From positions 9,176,001-9,240,000 of the forward strand of contig CM106585.1 in the NCBI GenBank assembly GCA_048013815.1: DNA of 64,000 nt, read 5' to 3'. The notes below the pieces were generated by a model. The model had not been told where the DNA came from. It saw only the letters and a program-made list of their open reading frames with translations, and did no database searches. This DNA is from Setoptus koraiensis. Lineage: Eukaryota; Animalia; Arthropoda. Each line of letters starts with the position of its first letter. Position 1 is the stretch's first letter. Made by a program: the position numbers and the translations under genes. Below, in pieces: positions 56,467 through 64,000 of the stretch.

Positions 56467-59400
56467 CATGCATAACGTGCAGAATAACAGCAGTTGTAGA
56501 GTAACAACAACAATTTTTGCACGGACAATCGGATGCAGCACATGGCCAATTGAGCCGATTAATTTGCTCACGAATAATCGGCTATAACAACGAATAGTCG
56601 GCTGGTATCTTGGGTCTGGTCGCCTCATTGATCAGGCCAGATGAGTTCGGGCAAGAGAACATTCAGAGTGAATATACGTGCGATATCACAATTTCATTCG
56701 CACTAGCAAAAACATGAGAAAAATCAGCCGACTTCAATCAACCGATCAATTCAAGAAGAGATAGAGAACAGGCCCAGCACACTGCCACCACATGACGTGC
56801 CATCACCAATCCTGTTCACCGATTTTTGTGTCCGACTAAAACTTGATATTTTTGCTTAGTTTATGTGTGGCCAATAACTAGCGATCATGACGCAAATCTC
56901 ATGTATTTTTGTGTTTCCTTCGTGTGTTTAATTAGAGATGGAAGACAGCAGAGTACATGGCAAGACACAGATGCAATCATTCACAAATGATGCTCTGTCG
57001 AAAAAAAAAACAATCGCTTTCAAGTTCATGAGTCATCTTATGATTTGTGTACAATCGCCATTGTAAGTCGCACAGCTTTATCGGCACTCATTGAAATGCA
57101 ATTTGCCAGCAAACCTAACGACGTCAATTTTTCCGTTAATGTCAAAAAATTTTCTCAGCGCTAACTTTTTTTCTGGTAATCATTGTTCTTGTTTGCAGCT
57201 TGTATGCTTTATGCGACGCCTATTTGATTCAGAGGCCATCCTGTTGGGTGTAGTTGGGACCACTCACGCTGAGCATCATGCTTAATAGGAGGGCTAAAAA
57301 AAATAAAATCGCAATTTTCTGACAAAGCCATCTCGGCCAGTCAGAAAATTTATTAAAAGCACCTATCATTCTGATTCTTTTTTCTCCCGGTTCTACACAG
57401 CAACAACTTTGAATGTATGCGTGAATAAATTCTAATGACTATACTAACAGCAAATCGCCCGAATAACAGCGCGTATTATTTCATGCGACAACTGTCTCAA
57501 ATCAGTGTCGTGCTTTCAGCATCCGGTCACTGACCAGTTATGGCCAGTGGTCAGCAGCAAGCCTTGGACATGGCAATCGCCTTGGGGCCAGTTACAATTG
57601 TCATTTTGTTTGCTCGCCATTGGTCACATCACAAACAAGGCCATCATATGGCTTGTTTCACTTGATAACATCAAGTTGATATGCAGCAACAATATAGGCA
57701 TGGCTTAATTACAACCTGCGGATGAATTCTCTGCGCCAATGACATGGCTTCCAGTTGGGAGAGCTGTCAGCGAGTGATTTGACATACGAATCACGAGCAG
57801 CAGCGACCAAAGTGAAGGGCAGAAAGTGATAAAAGTCAGAAGTAATATGACAAAATGTTATATAAAATGTTATATTGTGTTTCTGGTGTTGATATTTATT
57901 AGATTGCGGCATGCCAATTGTGCCGAGTTGAGCTGTTGGCGATCCAATTCACCATTGACATTTTCGTGTACGTTGAGCCACCAGAGGGCTAGCTGGGGTC
58001 ATTTGCACTGACCTGATTCGTGTCGATTTTGGTCGACAACTTTTGTTTATTGTCGCCCTACAGCGGCGAGTGGCCGGCCTCTGGCGTTTTGCGGCCGCTC
58101 CTCACAAACGTCAGCCAATCGTTTGATGATAGATGGCGCTTTCAGGCGGCTCACTGACCAGTGCTGTGTGCAATATCTGGCTTGCCAGATATTTTAGGCC
58201 GACCGGATATTTAGTATGGCCATAATAATCACTGCAAACAACAACAAAGCGGATATATTATATGTAACCAGTTGGTTGGGCCAGTTGCTGTGTCAGCGGG
58301 TTTGTTTCCGCGTTGCCGAATAACCGTTGAGCAGACAGTTTGTTTGTTGCTGTTACAAGTTGTTAGAGCGGGACATTATCATGAATAATGTAAATCGCGC
58401 CCTCTAAACAATGTGTTTTCACATGGGCTAGACGGGCACAACGTGCTCGTTGACTTGAATCACGACAACGCTGATGGCTGGCATGATGACCATTGGCCAC
58501 AGGCTGACCATGTGTGCTGACATTACGCTGGTGCTGGTTATTACGTAACAATAAGCGCACCTAGCGGCCGGACAAATAAAATGGGCAGGCCTTTTTTAGT
58601 TGCGATTGGCTGTTTGGCCCCTGTTGTAGCCCCCACTGCTACGGTCAGGGCACTGTTTTGACCGGTGCTGCAACTTTTGAGCAGTGTTTGTTGCGACACA
58701 GAGTCAAACACACCAAATGAGTTGCAAGCTTGGCTGGATAGATCACAAGTAGCAGATTGCGGCCCACTACTTACTAATCTATTATCTGCTTCATTAGTTT
58801 TTACTTCAATTAAACTACCAGTTATGTAATGGTTTGGCTGGCACTGATCAAGTTGCAACTTGCGCCCCATCGTATCGCGCGTAATGCCGGCCACGAGCCA
58901 GCCGAGCCATGCCGGCCACGAGCAGATATGCCCGTTGCGCGCTGTATGCGCCCACCAATTGACCAATTGAGTCAGTTGAGTCATGTCCACGAGCCAGATA
59001 GTGCGTGTCATAAAAAGATAAGTCTTGCCGTCTTCTATCTTTTTATTATATATAAGCCTGTTGTCACAAGTTATTATTATTGTTTCGATGGGCCGCTCCG
59101 GTCGGTTGCGGGCCTCGGTGGGGCCGAGCGAGCGCTTTGGTGCACAACTGACCGACTGAGGCTCAATGACTGCAACTGCAATAAATGCCACACAATTGTC
59201 AACTGGCTCCCCCCCGAAAATGCAGCCCGGCCGGCCCGCCGCCGGTCGGTCTGTACTGTGACTCACAGTCTGTGAGTGGCGCCCTAATCATGGCGATGGT
59301 GTTTTGCAATTGATCTCTCACTCGCTTCTCTGGCAAAACACTGCCCAAACCGGTGCGACAAATCTACGATACAAGTTGTATCATACAAGGCAACGGTGCT

Positions 59401-61038
59401 GTATGAGCTGCGCCACTCTGGCCACTGGCCCCCGTCGGCTCGAAAAGCCAACCATTTCCAGCGAAATGATGATGGCCCCCATTGAATACCCATTGAGTGC
59501 CCATTGAATGGCCGTCGCGGGCCCGTCGCTGGCCCGTCGCGCAGACCCGTCGCGGGCTCATTGAACGGGGCCCACAACGAGAGTAACGTTACGTGGTGAG
59601 CTTACATGATTGTTGCCAGCAAGCAAAGCGAGATGATTCTTGATTACTGGCCAGCTCACTGTGGCAGCGTTTATTTTGTTGCGTCACACGGTATGAGTCA
59701 TACCTTGTCTGCTGGTCGTCTGATACTCATCAGCACACAGTGTGCACTCATCAGCTCGCTGTGAGTGTGTGCTTATGGACAAAAATGGGGCCCGACTGGG
59801 GCCCAAATGAGCGTTGCCGCTAATAGCAGCCAGCCGATCTAGAGAGAGAGATCTATTCATCTATATATAGTGCTTGACAGTGGTAATCTGTCTGTCTGGC
59901 ACGGCAATTTCTGTGCTTGTTTGGCCGACGACAAACAAGCACAGAAATTGTGTGTGTGTGTGTGTGTGTGTGTCACATTTGCTCAAGATGCTGGCATCTA
60001 ATGTCGCCCAAACATTATGTTGTGATATATATATATCAAGATATATATATATATATGTGAGATATATGTGATGACATTATATCATATCATTTGGCGCAAT
60101 GTCGTGCGCCGTCTAGTGTCCGATCGTCTCGTGTCTCTGTATCGTCTGGTATCATATCATCGGCTAAGTGGATATACCAACAGCCAACAGCCAACAACCA
60201 ACAGCAGCGCACTTGATGATGATCGATTTGGGTGCTGGCCTAGGGGGCGACCTCTCGTTGCAAGCGGCCGCCCCCTATGTATCATTTGACATGGGGCCTC
60301 ATTCAAGGTGCTACACCCCCTAATTGATCATCATCGGCCAGTGCATACAACTAACATGGATCGAGGGGGCCAAATGAATAGCTGGCATACACAAAAAGAC
60401 GACAACGACAAATCAATGATATATATGTCATTTATACACACATTCAGTATGATAGATATAAGTTACATAGTCCGATGACAACTGGCAGGCGCACGACAAC
60501 GACAACTGCCAAGACGACAATTTGTTAATTGGCGTCTTTGTCGTTGTCGGCGTTGTCGGCGTTGTCGTCGTTGTCGTCGTTGTCGTCGTGGCCGTGGTGC
60601 ATGGTCCAGTGGCGACAGACTCCGCTGGCGCCTAATTGAACACAACACACACAAATATCCAGCCGCTCGAGGGGCCCATCGAGCAGCCTGGCAGCAGCCC
60701 TCATCGAGCATACACTGTGCAAGTGAGCGAGTGAGCAACTGAACAACCAGTGAACGACCAATGGCTAAAACGACCCATTACGCCATCTTTGGTCTGGCCA
60801 GATTTGAGAGCTTCTGGCGCTGTCCAGTTGGCTGCTTGTCAGTGGCGCTGTGACTTGGCCAACTTGGCGCTGCCGTTGACCGCTGCACTTTGTCTAGACA
60901 ACAACAACGCGAGCTGGTCATAACAACAAAATCCGATTCCATTTATGATATATGATCTGGGCTGGTCTATCCAAAGAAGCCAAGCGCGTTTATGTGCTGA
61001 CTGCGAAACGGTGATGAGGGCATTAGTGGCTCAACGAC

Positions 61039-61056
61039 AAAGACAACAGCAGCAGC

Positions 61057-61112
<56 letters not shown>

Positions 61113-61143
61113 CGGCGACAACAACAACAACAACGGCGACAAC
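61039..61143. repeat. (CAA)n trinucleotide microsatellite
   Basis: Read directly; the surrounding ORF has no recognisable domain or splice context. Confidence 0.9.
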
Positions 61144-64000
61144 AATCGAGCGGCAGCATTCTGTAAAGTTGCCTCAATAGTTATCCGCAGTCAAAGTCGT
61201 AGATGAGGACGACACTGTCATGTTGTTGTTGCTGCTGTTGTCGTTGGCGCTGTTGCTGTTGTATTTTGTGCGCACAATTTCACTTCCGCTCACTGTGTAC
61301 ACAAATTGGTCTCGGTTGCATCGCTTGCAACTCGTACTATTACTTTGACACTTTGGCTCGCATGAAGTTAGTTGCGGGCATCTGATTACACGACACACAC
61401 GCACACCATTAAGTGGCTCAACAAACAATAATGATGAATAGTTTGCAGATACACAAGCGAGCGAGGGTCAGTCGATAAGTCGGTGAGAGAGAAAAGTTGG
61501 TCGAAAACAACGGTCTTGTTTTATCCCACTTACAGTTAGAATATCCATATCGCACCGTGTCTAGGACTCTTTTATAAGCCTATGCTCACGTTGGTTTATA
61601 GCCTGTGTAAAGTTGCACTACTTATACGCGCGCGATTTTTTGTATGACCGGACAACCAGCAACAATGGAGCCTGGCGAGTCATTAGAGGGGCCCCCTTTT
61701 GCGTGCACCATAGCCAACTTGAGCTGCTAGAGTAAAAATGATCAATGATGGCGCCAACAGCAAAACAGGTACAGGTTTGATTGATTGATCAAAGCAGTGC
61801 CAGTTACATATAGCTGTGATGCAGCGATAATTTTTCATTGACAATTGTGACAAGTCGCATCATCCGCTAACAAACATCGCATATCAGCGACGTTGTAAAA
61901 CAAACGACAACTGTCCACTACATACTATCCGACTACGTTGTTATAAATTGGCAACAATCGATATAAGGCAACAATCAATGTAAGCACACTCTTGTATAAA
62001 GTGACTGGCTGGCCGACTGGTGAGTTGGGGCCAATTGATTAGGGTCCGAAATGTGGAAACTGGACAACGCTACTTGGCCCGCTGTTTTCGTGCAACTTGC
62101 ACATGATCATTATTCATTTTTGAGACAAACACCGCCACTCACTTTGCACGTTACAGCGAAAGAATATATTTCTAGCTGGACTGGGGCTGGCTCCGATTTG
62201 GGACAGAAAAACTAAAAACTAAAAATGAAAGTGAAAATGAAAATGAAAATGTAAGGGAAAACAAAAACAAAAACACAAAACGAAAGAGAAGATGAAGATG
62301 AAAAAAGAGCGAATGAATTTTGATATTTAACAAAAGTACGAAAAAGACGAAGCAGACCTAGATAGGCGGCGCAAAATAGTGGCCTCCAAGAGCGAGAGAC
62401 AACATTTTTCAGTTCACAAAGAGGCAGGAATTAATTTTCCATACATCATCTAGTTGGCAACGGCCACCGGAGCGCCACTACAACCGATTTGGGAGCAACA
62501 ACAATTTCAGTTTCGCCCAATGGGGCTCCACGCTGAGCTGGCCATCCAATTGAAATTGAATGAGTCGCTTATGCGGAGCAACAATCCACACCACAATGGG
62601 CACCATTTTGCAGTTATACAGCAGGGCTACACTTTTTCTTTGGCGCCCGGCTCGCGGATAGAGAGCCCAATCCCGGGCTGTCTATCCCGGCACCGAACTG
62701 ACCAATGACCATGATCTAGTTGTTCCTTAAGCGACCACTTGCCACTTGCCACTGGCTATCTGCAACTTGCTGTCGGCGGAAGATGCGTCCGTGATTATGT
62801 CAAATGGGCGCCGTTTTTGTTGTTGTTCGTAGCTGTTGTTGGTTGTTGTTGCTGCTGGTTGTTGTTGCTGGTTGTTGGTTGTTGTTGCTGGTTGTTGGTT
62901 GTTGTTGCTGGTGGCGCGTGAGATTCACAAAGCATTCACAAAATTTAAGCAGTACAACTAGAAAAAATGACCGCCACTCCTATTGGGCCATAAATAATAC
63001 GTGCTGCATGTCAAAAGCACACCTCGACAGGGCGCACAACCGACCAATCCGGCGGCTATTCACACGAACTCAATTGGCCCGGCCCCCAATGCACTCCGAT
63101 CCGCCATTCGAATTCGCCATTCGAAATAACCAAAAGCTGAATGGCTGTGCTCGCCAGCGAAAGCCAGTTGTGAGGCCAAAGAGACTTTAAAGTGTTTGCC
63201 TCTTGATGGCTCGTGCAGACTCTGCACTGCACAGGCGCCGCCAGCTCAGCGCCCCTATGTGCCAAATCGGCATCGGCCAATGCCTGGGTGGGCTTGCAGA
63301 AACGTCCGTGTGGCGGCTTTCGACGCTTAGCCAACGCTCCACTGTTGGCGCCACACTGGCAACTGCGGCCTACTTGGGACAACAGTGCAGTGCTGACCAA
63401 GCCAACTTCCGGTGTTTCTTGGTCACACCGAGGCACGCGAATGCGCAAATAGGAAGCGCAGCGGGCTCAGTTGAACTGTGATTGTTGCAGGCTCATGGGT
63501 GTCATCACACTGGCTCGTATGTAATGTACGAAATAACATGTTACACCATTAGCCGCTGATGTTAACACTGGAATTTGACCCAATGGGGTCAAAATCGCGA
63601 AAAAAAATCGTCAGAAGGCCGTTAGTTTGCTGGCGAGCGAACAGTGTGTGCGTGTGAGTGTATTTAAACTAGCTAAGCTTTTTGGGTAGGCAAACACGAG
63701 AGCAGTTGCATCCTAATGAAGGTCTCATGCACTACGATCGGGCCACTAGCTTGCCAACTAGCTCATATGTAACAAGCTCACGTCTTGACCTCAAACTGCA
63801 AACAAACATGCACACGCGAATAAACATGCGAATAACATGAAGACGTTCGCACAACTAACATTAAGACTGTACAAACATTCAGACAGATTGTTGTTATTAT
63901 TTTCACACACCAACGCCAACTGACCGGTTTTGGCTGGGGCGCCGGCCAGTGCGGTGGCCAATGACGGACCGATGATCGATGAGATTATCATTATTATCTA

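Noticed and set aside
58541-59266. 241-aa minus-strand ORF
   Set aside because: It has no recognisable domain, no ATG-supported start and no convincing splice boundaries, and similarly long chance ORFs are common in this GC-rich sequence.
61528-61554. Possible 27-nt phase-1/1 micro-exon (tcctag|ACACGG...TAACT|gtaagt) on the minus strand
   Set aside because: It is too short to distinguish from chance splice-like sites without transcript data.

Overview
This is eukaryotic (animal) genomic DNA. Its polyQ-rich proteins, dense microsatellites and the style of its Ig domains suggest an arthropod, probably a mite or other chelicerate (inference). Two genes are clearly recognisable, both on the minus strand. 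(1) A Van Gogh/Strabismus planar-cell-polarity gene has a ~2 kb exon at 8758..6790 with all four TM helices; its conserved C-terminal exon(s) could not be found. (2) A 12-exon Sidestep-family (nephrin-like) Ig-superfamily gene was assembled by hand from 52497 to 10379. It encodes about 2,040 aa (signal-like segment, 5 Ig, 1 FN3, TM, ~830-aa low-complexity tail), all junctions are GT-AG and phase-compatible, and intron 1 is 25 kb. A probable exon of a third, unidentified minus-strand gene lies at 54214..53795. Most other ORFs in the track are spurious products of repeats and GC-rich intron sequence. The most unusual non-coding signals are a set of perfect or near-perfect hairpins (13-27 bp stems) in the Ig-gene introns, strong regional enrichment of the GGGCCC palindrome, and 3' splice sites that mostly lack a polypyrimidine tract. 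I saw no rRNA, tRNA, CRISPR array or autonomous transposon.
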